NCBI RefSeq assembly: GCF_037392515.1
Contig: NC_090280.1
Span: forward strand, 54,365,037 to 54,429,036
Length of the DNA stretch: 64,000 bases
Source of the DNA: Haliotis asinina
Lineage: Eukaryota
Direction of reading: 5' to 3'
Shown piece by piece: positions 12,424-23,566 of this stretch. Under the pieces are notes generated by a model. It ran no database searches. It was given only the letters and a program-made list of their open reading frames with translations, and had not been told where the DNA came from. How positions within the stretch are numbered: the first letter of the stretch is position 1; each line of letters begins with the position of its first letter. A program made the translations under genes and the position numbers.

Positions 12424-12592
12424 AGACACGGGTAGCGTAATGGTTATAGCATTCGCTCGTCACTCCAAAGACCCGAGTTCGATTCCCCACAAGGGTAAAA
12501 CGTGTGAAGCCATTTTCTGGGAGTCCCCGCCGTGATGTTGCTGGATTATTGCTAAAGGCGGCGTAAAACTACATACTCACTCACTCTCATTC
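12424..12592 (+). mobile_element. SINE family A copy
   Basis: gggtagcgtaatggttatagcattcgctcgtcactccaaagacccgagttcgattccccacaagggtaaaacgtgtgaagcc..gatgttgctggattattgctaaaggcggcgtaaaactacatactcactcactc. Confidence 0.8.
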
Positions 12593-14077
12593 TTGCAGAA
12601 AAGACATCATCCGGGTACATAAATCGACCGAAACAACTTTCACGCTGTATAATATTGACTTACTACAAATGACAAATTGAGATATTTCAAGGTTCACAAT
12701 GTCTATATTAGATATTAACTGGACCATGTTTCATGAGTCTGTGGAATATCTTTGGTTGAAATTGGATACTACCTCCTGCCGATGACTAATCTTTTCCGAA
12801 AATGTGTAAGTACACCTGCACTTAAAATTTAGGGTTTTTCACAATGGACAATTTGACATTTAGTAACGATGACCCAAATAGACCGAGACTGAATGACATT
12901 AATCTTGTGTCATCCATACAGTTAGGAATACCATACAGTTTATTATTCCTATTGTGTTTGAATGAGTTCGCTTTTTTACCACAACTAGTACACGGTGAAA
13001 GGCCATTTGAGTATGGGAGTGAGCATATCCGATAATCTCCATACACTATTATATGAACTACGTGTATTTATAACCGTGTCGTTTGTAACATTTTGTACCG
13101 TAGCCGTCTTGTAACGTGTACTAAATGTTTACACGGAGTGTAATTTTGCGTCGTTAAATGACGATTGAACCAACATTTACTTCTTCACAAAACTAGAGAT
13201 TCTGCTGACATTTCTAAGGTAAGGGTAGTGGAACAACACGTGGAAAAACGTTTTGTTCACTAGTATATGAAATGAGGCCAGTCCGACTGTCCGACGGTCC
13301 AAATTTACAGCTATCCAAATCGATGGTCTGGTAAATTTGTTTTTAGATGTTCCACGCAACTGAGTAAGTTCTTCATATCTTGGTATCTGGTCTGGTTAAA
13401 TCTATTTTGGGCTGGTGCCATTTGAAGGTACCGGTCCTGATGTCTGGATGGCTTTTTGGCTTTTTTGATACACTGTGTCCACATATACAACATGTGGGAA
13501 ACTGATAATTTCAGTTACTGTCATTCTGAAGTGGCGATTCTGAGGTACAATGGGACCAGCAACTATTGTTTGTCCTGAGACCTGACCAGTTTGATGTTCC
13601 ACTATAATGTAGATCAGTAATCATACTGCCAGCATTTGGATATGACTCAACCCAGACTCAGTTACTGACAATCTGATTGAAATATCATCATTTATAATTA
13701 TGTGAACGATCGATGACGTCACCATAAAACTGAATGCAAGGGCCTGTAAAAACTTACAGCTTATAAACTTTCTCTGAAAGGACATGGACATGACAAAGGT
13801 TTCAAGGCCTCTGATCAGAAACACTCCGGATTCATCAACTGTTGTGAGAATTTCGTACCTTTGAAACAGACCGCAGCTGGTTTCCGGCTCCCTTTGCCCG
13901 CCTCAGTTTCATTGCATACCATGCAAGAGCCAGATAATGCTGAGTGACGTGTAACTAAGGCTTAATCTTCTGTTAAGTTAAGTTAGTGGAAATATCTTCT
14001 TCGATGAGGAGTAGCTGTGGACTAGTCAAGAGGGCTTCTCTCCTGTGTGAAGACCTGCGTCTGATTTGATGAAGCCC

Positions 14078-14250
14078 ATTTGGGTGGACAGAGCAGCCTT
14101 GCAGTTACAGTGTTCCCTCGTCATGTCAGAGTCCCAGGTTCGATTTCCCACATGGTTACAACTTGTGAAGCCCATTTCTGGTGTTCCCCGCCGTGGTATC
14201 GCATGAATGAAAGCAACAAAAAACCCAACTCCCTCACTCAGTCACTCTTC
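14078..14250 (+). mobile_element. SINE family A copy
   Basis: ..cagagtcccaggttcgatttcccacatggttacaacttgtgaagcccatttctggtgttccccgccgtggtatcgc.. with a degenerate tail ..ctcactcagtcactc. ORF 14080..14307 is SINE-encoded. Confidence 0.7.
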
Positions 14251-14394
14251 AAGCACTTATGGCATCAAACCAAAACGATGTCTGATTCTACCAAGCTGAC
14301 TTATTGAGATATAGCTGCGATTTACCTTGAATATTGTACATACTAATTCATATGCACTGTGATTGAGGTTTACAATCTATTGGGAATTGTGTCA

Positions 14395-15027
14395 ATAATC
14401 CACATCAGCAGCAAATTATGGTTCTTCATGATCCATACTCACTGAACACGTGTTCATGATCCCTATCCAACATGGAGCGTTGTAATAAACCATATCCACT
14501 GAGATAGTCGTGGAGCATAATGAACAGTACTCACACTGTACACGTGTTCATGATCCATATCCTACATGAAGCGTTGTAATAAACCATATCCACTGAGATA
14601 GTCGTGGAGCATAATGAACCATACTCACTGAACAAGTGTTCATGATCCATATCCTACATGGAGGGTTGTAATAAACCATATCCACTGAGACAGTCGTGGA
14701 GCATAATGAACCATACTCACTGAACAAGTGTTCATGATCCATATCCTACATGGAGGGTTGTAATAAACCATATCCACTGAGACAGTCGTGGAGCATAATG
14801 AACCATACTCACTGAACAAGTGTTCATGATCCATATCCTACATGGAGGGTTGTAATAAACCATATCCACTGAGACAGTCGTGGAGCATAATGAACCATAT
14901 TCACTGAACACGTGTTCATGATCCATATCCTACATGGAGGGTTGTAATAAACCATATCCACTGAGACAGTCGTGGAGCATAATGAACAGTACTCACTGAA
15001 CAAGTGTTCATGATCCATATAATACAT
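14395..15027. repeat. 92-bp tandem array (~7 units)
   Basis: ORFs 14548, 14640, 14732, 14824 and 14916 sit exactly 92 bp apart and have identical translations. The unit is ..tgttcatgatccatatcctacatggagggttgtaataaaccatatccactgagacagtcgtggagcataatgaaccatactcactgaacaag. Confidence 0.9.
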
Positions 15028-15047
15028 GGGGGGGGGGGGGGGGGGGG
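15028..15047. repeat. Poly-G homopolymer (20 nt) terminating the 92-bp array
   Basis: The G20 run is seen directly. It is unusual in an AT-rich genome and may be a G-quadruplex or polymerase-slippage site. Confidence 0.9.
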
Positions 15048-16227
15048 TGTAATTAACCATATCCCCTGTGATAGTCTTTGGGCGTAATGATCCATATTCT
15101 GTTTGTCACAATCAATATCTTGACTCTCCACCCTTATAGGTATTTATTATGATCCCAATCTGTGATGGCTGGTTTCCATTTAGTCTGTTTCACAGTCCCT
15201 GAACTGCATTATTTTTCCTGATGTTTTTTTCCTTATGTCTTCACTGGAATGTTAAGGCTGTAAACATCAGCATATGAAGCAAATTTGTATTTCCACAGGT
15301 TCTGAATCTCCTATCTCACTGGACTACCAATGAAAGATGTCGACCATGACAGCAGTTCACTGGCATGTCTAGGTCTAACTTCCGACTCAGCAAAAAAAAC
15401 CCACAGGACTGATGTAAACATGTTTACTTTTTCAATATTACCAGCATAGGAAAATAGGGGACAATGGGGATATAAATACAAAATAACCAGGCTGTGACAA
15501 AAATATATGCACACAAGTTGTCGAGACTGGTGACACTATTGTAACGATGTGACTTCAGAAGGTCTATAAATGATATAAATAGTTATAACAATAACAATGA
15601 GCTTGGTCACAAAACACATCTACATGTCACAAGGTGACCTTCACATCACTTCAAACACTAATAAATCATAGTTACCATAAAAAATGCAGCATACTTGTGA
15701 CTACACTTTATTAGTGTATTCATAAACAATGGATGGAACATTTACATAATTATATAGCAAAGGTTAGGTGTTGGCCAGTATGACAATCCCAACAGTATTG
15801 ATTCAGATCCAAACTGAGCCATAAATTATGGAGCATTATCCACACAGTACATCTAATGATATACATGAGTCTTGGATAGGCATTGGTTAATACATTTAGG
15901 CAATGTTCACCTGCTGGAGGGGCACAAATGGTAACATTCATTATAATCAATAAAGTTGCAGTCCATAAAATATCCATATGTTCACATGCGCATACACCTT
16001 TCCATAAGTACACTTATCCAACCAACACAGAACATGAGAAATCATTCATAATTCTTTGTTCAACTGAAATAAAACAAATAAATAATTATCACTAAAACAC
16101 AATATTGGGCTTCTATGGAAAGACAATATAACTTCATCACAACCATCAAATGGGTACAACATCACTGCCCATGTATAAAGGAACAAAACAAAAGAGGCAT
16201 GTCACAGTTTTGGTCCTGTTTCTATTA

Positions 16228-16372
16228 CAAAGTGAGGGAGTGAATTTAGTTTTATGTCGCATTTAGCAACATTCCAGCAATATCATGGCAGGCACATAAG
16301 AAATGGGCTTCACACATTGTACCCATGGGGAATCAAACTCGGGTCACAGATGGTAACCTTGCGATACTCTTA
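16228..16372 (-). mobile_element. SINE family A fragment (tail plus part of head), minus orientation
   Basis: The reverse complement gives ..cccatgggtacaatgtgtgaagcccatttcttatgtgcctgccatgatattgctggaatgttgctaaatgcgacataaaactaaattcactccc. Confidence 0.65.
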
Positions 16373-17317
16373 GACATTTAAATGCAGAGGTTGAACAGCT
16401 TATACAAATACATTTTCAGGATTCAAACCTATGACCAATGACGACAAGCACTCAACATATATATTGTCAGCATTTTGTGAAAGCTGACTACAACACCATA
16501 ACCTCAAACCCAACAGGTCCACCTTTGAATCTCTCAGCCGGTGCACATTAATCATTGTTCAATCTGTATTTTGATCAATACCCCTCAGAATAACAATTAA
16601 ACAAATACAAGTAGGCTTAGGAGTGAGTTAGATGTTTGTTGATCTTTGACTGGATATCCTACATATGATTGGGATGGCCATAAGCATTCTGCCATACACC
16701 AAAGAAGAAATAATACAAGAGTGATATAATAACTTAAACATTGGTGTTCACTGAGGTTTACACATAAAGGCGAGAATTAATGTCTCATGACATTTTGCAG
16801 GATATTCTACTCATTCATCTTCCTTATTCACCTGATCACTTAGAACAAACTCCGAAATGCAGTGTTTCTTCAAACTAAAGAAGATGATATCCATTACTTC
16901 CTGCCTTTATGTGTATCACTTCTAAATGCCATTTAAAGAGTCCTACATGGAAAACATGGTCACAAGTGGACGTAGGAAAAAAGCCCAAGCTGCTTAAGGT
17001 CATACATTTTTACTCTTTGCGTAAGCTGATGAGAAACCCGGGATCAGATTAAACACATGATCAGTGAATCCTGGTACTACCAAGGGCCATAAATCTGCAC
17101 AGTTGTTTATGATACCTTAGACCACTGGGCTACCATAACACTGCATTCCTAATTAACTTGAGTAGCATGCCAGTATATATAGCAACATCTGCATGCATGG
17201 TTGCAGGTAAGGTACAGGTAAATGCGGTCAGAGTATATATAAAAGAGTATAGTACAGGGACCATATCACAACTGAAAGAGTGGATCTAATACTGAATACA
17301 TATCCGAAGAGTAAAGG

Positions 17318-17490
17318 GGGCAGCGAAGTAGCCCATTACATAAAGTGCCTGCACACCACACTGAAGACCTAGGGTCGATTCTGGACATGTCAACAAAATA
17401 TTCAGCCCATTTCACGTGTCCACCACTCTGATATTGCTGGAATATTTCTAAAAGTAGCATAAAACCCAAATCACTCACTCAAAGAGTTCA
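17318..17490 (+). mobile_element. SINE family A copy
   Basis: ..gtagcccattacataaagtgcctgcacaccacactgaagacctagggtcgattctggacatgtcaacaaaatattcagcccatttcacgtgtccaccactctgatattgctggaatatttctaaaagtagcataaaacccaaatcactcactc. Confidence 0.75.
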
Positions 17491-17494
17491 AACA

Positions 17495-17645
17495 TGCATT
17501 CCAAGTTCAACTATAAGTATTTGGTATGCATTTACAGTGTTCGATACGCATTACAAGTGTTCAGTACACATTACAAGTATTCACTACATATTACAAGTGT
17601 TCAATACATATTATAAGTGTTCAGTATGCGTTACAAATGTACATC
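17495..17645. repeat. ~23-bp tandem repeat (gttcagtacacattacaagt..) x6, directly 3' of a SINE
   Basis: Successive units are seen: ttcgatacgcattacaagtg, ttcagtacacattacaagta, ttcactacatattacaagtg and so on. Confidence 0.7.
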
Positions 17646-17924
17646 ATGCAGTGTAAGTACTCATGTGTTCACCACCCAACACAGAAATGCTGATCGTGAG
17701 TTTCCAAGACAAAGTTCAGTCAACACAAACTGCACCATAAGCAGAAAGCTGTTGTGTGTGACCATCATACATGATATAGAAGAAACAACTGGCCCACTAT
17801 GAAGCTGTCAACAACTGAAATTGACCAAACACCCATGTCACTGTCAACGATGCTATCTCAACAGTCAAGCAGTTGCATTCCATTACTCTGCTACCTTAAG
17901 GTTCACAAAAACAGAAAGAAAACT

Positions 17925-18390
17925 AGCCTGTTTATTATTATGTTACTAGCATTAACATACTCAATGAAACGCTGATCATTATCAAAACATCATACCAACT
18001 GTGTAAGGTAAGAGGAGAATTCTTGTCCTAATAATAAAAAAGTTGTTTAACAAATTATCATGAAAATATTTACACAGTTCACTGTTCAGTACGAGGAAGG
18101 AGTACAGAGAAGGCACTGCCAGGTGTTCAAGGAGCATGTGCACACATGCTGAAAAAGTTTTTCATTCATTAACCTGTGCTGCGCTGTCTCCATGCTTTCT
18201 TGCACACCTGGCTGTCCCTTTCGCTGTACTCCTCCCTTGTAACAAACAGTGAACAGTGTCAATATTTTAATGATAGTTAGTTAAACAACTTTTTTATTTT
18301 AAGGAACAATATTCCGCAAAAACCAGAGTTGGTATGATGTTCGTATTATGATCAGCATTTCACTGAGTATGTTATGTTTATTAGTTTTCA
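17925..18390. repeat. Long imperfect foldback (palindrome) element, two nested inverted-repeat pairs
   Basis: The outer arms 17930-17985 and 18330-18385 (cattaacatactcaatgaaacgctgatcattatcaaaacatcataccaac versus gttggtatgatgttcgtattatgatcagcatttcactgagtatgtta) are reverse complements. The inner arms 18038-18107 and 18223-18298 are also complementary (..cactgttcagtacgaggaaggagtacag / ctgtactcctcccttgtaacaaacagtgaacagtg). Confidence 0.7.
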
Positions 18391-18730
18391 AGCTAGACTG
18401 TAATTCAATGGCCTATTTTTGTGCCAAATAGACTATACCACTAACTGGTGCTTGCAGTCTGAATTTTTAAAAGTATATTTAGATATATTGTCTCCAAAGG
18501 ATGTGTTAAAAAATCACAACTGTTAAAAGGACAAATTTGACTTGATTTTGTATATTTCCTTCAACCTTTTGGCAAACTATCATTAACATCAAAGAAAACA
18601 AAAACAGTTTGCACATTTTGTGTATGTTAAAAGAAATAAGTGATTCAAATTACAGAAAATGGTTGTGTTTACAAATGGCATAAACATCTACAAAGGTACA
18701 GGCTGAAAACACTTCCAACACTATCAATTA

Positions 18731-19477
18731 TCAATCAAATATGATTTGCAACTTGTAGACAAATTTCTGACAGGTTTGTCCATAGTAATATTTACATTTC
18801 CGCTTACTCTCGTGAGGCTTGACATTAAACCCATCCTCCATGAGATCATTCTCTAGACATTTCATAAACACTTCTTCATCAGCCTGTGCTTCCCATGGCC
18901 CGATACTGACATGTGCTGAGTCCACAATACACCCATGGAGGGGATTAAAGTTCTGAACCTTGGCCTTGAACTCTGTTTTGAAAGCACATATCAACACTTC
19001 ACCTATTCTGTTGACTGACGCATTAGCAACTGCTGCTCGGATGACATCATTCTTGGCATCCTGGTACCCAGGAAACTGGGATCGATGTGACTCTTTGACA
19101 ATAATTGAAGCAATTTCTGGTCGCAGTTGTAGCTTTTCAACCAAGGATTGCAGGCCATAGTACTCAGCATCTCTATAGACAGCTGTGGATGAGTCAGAGG
19201 GTGGAATTGTTCCGTAGCGGAGATATTCCAATATGTGACCAAACACAGCACCGTTGGTGTCCAAGAAGTAATGGCCATCTTTGTCCTGGTCGACCTTGTG
19301 ACGGCCACTGAACATGGCCGCAAGCATGGAGTCGGAGTACTTCAGCAGCGTGGAGAGTCGCGTCTGGTACACCATTCCGCCAACATTCAGGGATATGATC
19401 GGAGGAAACTGGCCCAGTTTTACCACATTGTCCCTTGTCTGAAAATAAACCCCCAAAACATAATCTGCAAGTGACAT
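18731..19477 (-). CDS. BTB/POZ (T1-type) domain protein, KCTD-like; apparently intronless 248-aa ORF
   Basis: ORF 18731..19477 translates to ..IISLNVGGMVYQTRLSTLLKYSDSMLAAMFSGRHKVDQDKDGHYFLDTNGAVFGHILEYLRYGTIPP.., the canonical K+-channel tetramerisation/BTB fold of KCTD proteins. It starts with an ATG and ends in TAA. A possible 3' splice site (tattttcag|ACAAGG at about 19437) might make the first 13 codons intronic. Confidence 0.7.
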   Translation of the reverse strand: MSLADYVLGVYFQTRDNVVKLGQFPPIISLNVGGMVYQTRLSTLLKYSDSMLAAMFSGRHKVDQDKDGHYFLDTNGAVFGHILEYLRYGTIPPSDSSTAVYRDAEYYGLQSLVEKLQLRPEIASIIVKESHRSQFPGYQDAKNDVIRAAVANASVNRIGEVLICAFKTEFKAKVQNFNPLHGCIVDSAHVSIGPWEAQADEEVFMKCLENDLMEDGFNVKPHESKRKCKYYYGQTCQKFVYKLQIIFD

Positions 19478-19534
19478 ATAGTAATATTAAGGTTTTGTAT
19501 AACCCACATATAGCCCTGTGTTTGAAAAAGTGAT

Positions 19535-19800
19535 TGAGTTTTGTTTTACGCTGCACTCAGCAATATTCCAGCTACTTTGTAGCAGTCTGTAAATAATCAC
19601 GTCTGGACCAGATAATCCAGTGATCAACAGTATGAGCATCGATCTGCGCAATTGGGAACCGATGACGGGTGAACAATGTCAGCGGGGCTGACCACCCGAT
19701 CCCGTTAGACGCCTCTTACGACAAGCACAGTCGCCTTTTATAGCAAGCATGGATTGCTGAAGGTCTATTCTACCCCCGGCCTTCACGGGTCTGAAATTTA
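19535..19800 (-). mobile_element. SINE family B copy, near full length, minus orientation
   Basis: The reverse complement gives gacccgtgaaggccgggggtagaatagaccttcagcaatccatgcttgctataaaaggcgactgtgcttgtcgtaagaggcgtctaacgggatcgggtggtcagccccgctgacattgttcacccgtcatcggttcccaattgcgcagatcgatgctcatactgttgatcactggattatctggtccagacgtgattatttacagactgctacaaagtagctggaatattgctgagtgcagcgtaaaac.. Confidence 0.8.
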
Positions 19801-20809
19801 TATAACTAGCTCAAGCAGGATAATTTGTCCGAAATAAAAACAAACAAACAAACAAAAACAAACATGCATAATATGACATCGACAATAAAGGGTAATGTGC
19901 AATAAAGAAAATAGTTCATGACATCTATTAACCACAAACAACATGAATGCCGGTAAGGATGATTTAACGATTCATCACACCTGTACGCACCGTGTAGTGA
20001 TTGACACCTGACTGAGACTGAGGTGATGATGGCAGGGAACGAGCACCTGTCTGTCGCCGCACTGAATTTACGCCGGACTCCTCATACCCCTCTCTGACAT
20101 GCGTGATGAAAGGGTGCTTAGCCCTTGGAAAAGGCTTTGGTGCGATTTCTCGCATTGAAATAATTTCCTCAACAGAGGAATCATCTTCATCTGTCATTTT
20201 CAATATTTCTTCAGCTGATGTTTTGGCATGCAGTTATTGTCTCCCTTTCCCTACATGTATATATTTAGATATAGACTAGTTTCCTGATAACTAATTTCGA
20301 CCATCAGAACATATACCGGTGAAGTAGCTGATCCGCTTTTCACTTGCTCAGTAGCCAAGTAACAGAGACAAAATTATTTGATTTATTGCAATCGCCTGTA
20401 TACATGACGTAAGTGAGTCAGTGATTTAACACGGTCGCTTCAATATTATTTCATCCATGAGAAAAAAAAACACCCGCGCTCCTTTTCTCCCGTAAACGTT
20501 TTGACTTTATGACATGTTATATGTGCACATACCTCACTCCTAACCGAGGTAATAATTAATGCTTAAATAATAATTTCTAAACAATATAGATAATTAACAG
20601 ACTGGTGTACTGTCCACGTATCTATGAGCTGGTATAATTGCCTCTTTAAAACTTAGATTTACTATACACTCGAGGGCTTAGCATTCAGTACAGCCTTGGA
20701 GCAAGGCTAGTCTTTTTACGAAAGAGCAATAAAACTGGGTTGTTACTCACACAATATATAAGTGAGGTGTCACAAACACTGGGGTGAGGTGGGGGTGTTA
20801 ATTCAGATT

Positions 20810-20935
20810 GTCCCCCAAATCACTTCCCAACTTTAGAGCTTATAACTTAATTTATAGCTTGACAGCTTTAGAGCGTATGACTTAATATATAGCTTGGCAA
20901 CTTTAGAGCTTATAAATTGGGTTTACTGAGCCAAG
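20810..20935. repeat. ~35-bp tandem repeat x3 (aactttagagcttataacttaatttatagcttgac..)
   Basis: Three successive similar units are seen directly. Confidence 0.6.
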
Positions 20936-21639
20936 CGAGTTCACTTTCCTTATCAGTGATTGTAAACCTCTGTGTCTTTGGCGCTAACGCCATCCACAGC
21001 AGTACTACACGAAATTAAACGGATGAGAGGGTCGGACTGTCAGCTTAACCTAACCTTACAGCTTTGACATCATTCATGACATCAACCATTGGTTTGGCAC
21101 AGAGAAAACCTTAATATATTTGTGATATCAATGATTACTTCAGAGAGGGATGTGTATATAAGCTATTGCATTTGCATGCAAAGAAATAGAAAAAGAATTA
21201 TGTGTGGGTCGTTACCAGCTCAATGCATATTCTGTCTCACAGTTCCTGAACCACATTATTTTCGCTTCTGTTTGGCAAAGTCCAAATCACAGAGAGGCCT
21301 CCTTTTCAGTTGCAAAACACATGCACGCACGCACGCCACCTAAACGTTATTTTATTGTTTTAACATACCGGTATATGCAATACGTCCTCGATATTATAAC
21401 AGTACAACGTTATCCTTGATGTGCATATTTTCTTCACGTGATCTCGATACTTCATGTAAAATGCGTAAACTGTTGTTTGCCCCTAGTTTTTAGGACCGTT
21501 GTATTGCATCGCATGAAAGAACTTGTCAGAGGTTAATGAGAGATGATTTTTACAATTAGTTGTTTAGGGTATAGTATTCAATGTGGGCTTTAATATAGAC
21601 CAATAAAACGAGCCTTCTGTTTAACTCCGCGGCAGCAAC

Positions 21640-22279
21640 ATGGATGCCTCCAGCGAAGTGAGACCTTTGACAGTTCCCCATCTACCATCATTACCCAATT
21701 TAAGGGTACTGTGTAGCACAACGTATGCCAACTGTGCACGACCGACTGGACTTATATACCGGTCATCGAGGCCGGACCTCTTGGAACCGAACGACTTACA
21801 GAAGTTTCGTAATCTAGGGATTAAATGCATCATTGATTTTCGAGGAAGGAAAGAGTATGCCAATGCATCAGGATCGAAACCTTTGGATGCTGACTTCGAT
21901 TTATTCCAAATTAAACCTCCAAGCGGGAGTGGGAGAAACTATAAACCGCAAGAATGTGTAAACTTTGTGCCTCTTGAAAAGAGAACATGCAATAAAAACA
22001 ACAGTGTACAACTGACAATGAAAGACATCAAAAGTTCAAAGTTCAAACAACCACACTTTCTGCTTGATTTCTTCGCGGGCAGTTATGTATGGACAATCTT
22101 GAACAGGGCGCCTTGGTACAAGAAACTGTACTCTATACTGTTCCTACTTTATGACTTTGTGTTTGGTACAGGCTACAAGCACTTCGTAAGATTTTTTGTG
22201 ATCAATGTACTAAACTGCACAGGAATTGTAGGCCAGTACAAGGATATTGTAGACCTAAGCCAGAGAAGCATTTGTGCAG
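21640..22279 (+). CDS. Protein-tyrosine phosphatase, Y_phosphatase3 (PF13350, bacterial-type) family: exon 1 with the start codon
   Basis: It begins at an ATG and translates to MDASSEVRPLTVPHLPSLPNLRVLCSTTYANCARPTGLIYRSSRPDLLEPNDLQKFRNLGIKCIIDFRGRKEY.., matching the N-terminal consensus of PF13350 (..LYRS..L..L...D...L..LGI..V.DLR...E). The donor is GCA G|gtaata at 22280, phase 1. Confidence 0.7.
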
Positions 22280-23417
22280 GTAATAGCTTGTATTAATTGA
22301 ACCGTAGGTAATAGAAACGTATTCACCAAATGCTAATCAACAACGTACAAGTACACAGAGCTCCAGACAAGTGTTTGGCCATGTGGGTGTGATACCCATA
22401 CTTGTGAAACTAAGTGGGTGTTTCCAAAAGTGGGTATCTATACTTTTTGAAACCCATATATTTCAAATGCGGATATTTATTTCAAATAACAAGTTTAAGA
22501 ATTGTAACTTGTTTTCTTTTGACAATAGAGATAATACAGAATCTTTCAGGTTAAAGATGATTAACTAATAATGATAAATTATAGCTAATACTAGTAATAG
22601 CAACTACAGCTTTATCAACTCTTGCTGTAAGAAATAATATATGCCTTGGTCTGGTTTGGTGCTGTGAACACCCTAAGTTACAAGTTCATTTCACAGTCAA
22701 TTGAATCACAGCACTTGCCTACTAATTCATCCAGCAGTCCTCTTTTGAAATAGTTTTCTGTTTGTAGAAAAAAAACTAGATATTTTAGTTTCAGTGTGTT
22801 TAAGATTTCAACCATGCTTTCACGACATTATCATTTATTTACATCTATTTGATTGGTTGCTATGTATAGATGGGCCAATCAGTGAAGGGTTAACAAACCA
22901 TGATTGGGATTCTATCTGTGTTGCACATCTTTAATCCACTTTCAATTATTCAGGATTCCTTTAATCATGAAAATTTGGAGATGGAAAAACTGGTTTGTTT
23001 CGATTGGCTTGAATTGATACAAAACTCAACATGGTTTTGATGTATTGGGGAAATACGCATTGTTATTTTGACATAGGGTAAACATAAACATTTAGGGTTT
23101 TTTAATGCACTGGCATTTATTTTTCTTGTGTATTTCAACTTTTCTACAGAGTATTACAGTATACACAAATGCGCAACTGGAGCTCTGAGTACTGTATTAT
23201 TTCTGTTATCAGATTTAAAAATTTTACCATGTTAACACAAAAACAAATTAAGTTTTCTTCAAGTTCATTTTAAGAACGTGTTGTTTAGCTGTCAACCATA
23301 CGATAATGTTTGAAACCAAATGCACAGTTTCTTCAAGATATTTAGTAAAATATTGAGGTGTGAAGGACATGATCCCATGTAACCATGATAACACTGCTGA
23401 AGAATATATTTTTTCAG

Positions 23418-23566
23418 CTATGAAAATAATGTGTGATGAAAACAATTTCCCCATCCTCCTCAACTGTGCTCATGGGAAGGATCGAACTGGAATTGTCTCC
23501 GCACTTGTCATGTCCTGTAATGGCAAATCCAAACAGGAAATTGCTGAAGAATATGCCAAATCTGAG
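23418..23566 (+). CDS. Protein-tyrosine phosphatase exon 2 (catalytic P-loop)
   Basis: The acceptor atattttttcag| sits at 23416-17. Phase-1 G plus CT gives Ala, then MKIMCDENNFPILLNCAHGKDRTGIVSALVMSCNGKSKQEIAEEYAKSE. CAHGKDRTG is the CX5R PTP signature in the HCxAGKDRTG form typical of Y_phosphatase3. The donor is GAG|gtcagt, phase 0. Confidence 0.75.

Noticed and set aside
14548-15131. Five tandem ORFs of 64-78 aa with identical translations
   Set aside because: They are spaced exactly 92 bp apart and are reading-frame artefacts of the 92-bp tandem array, not genes.
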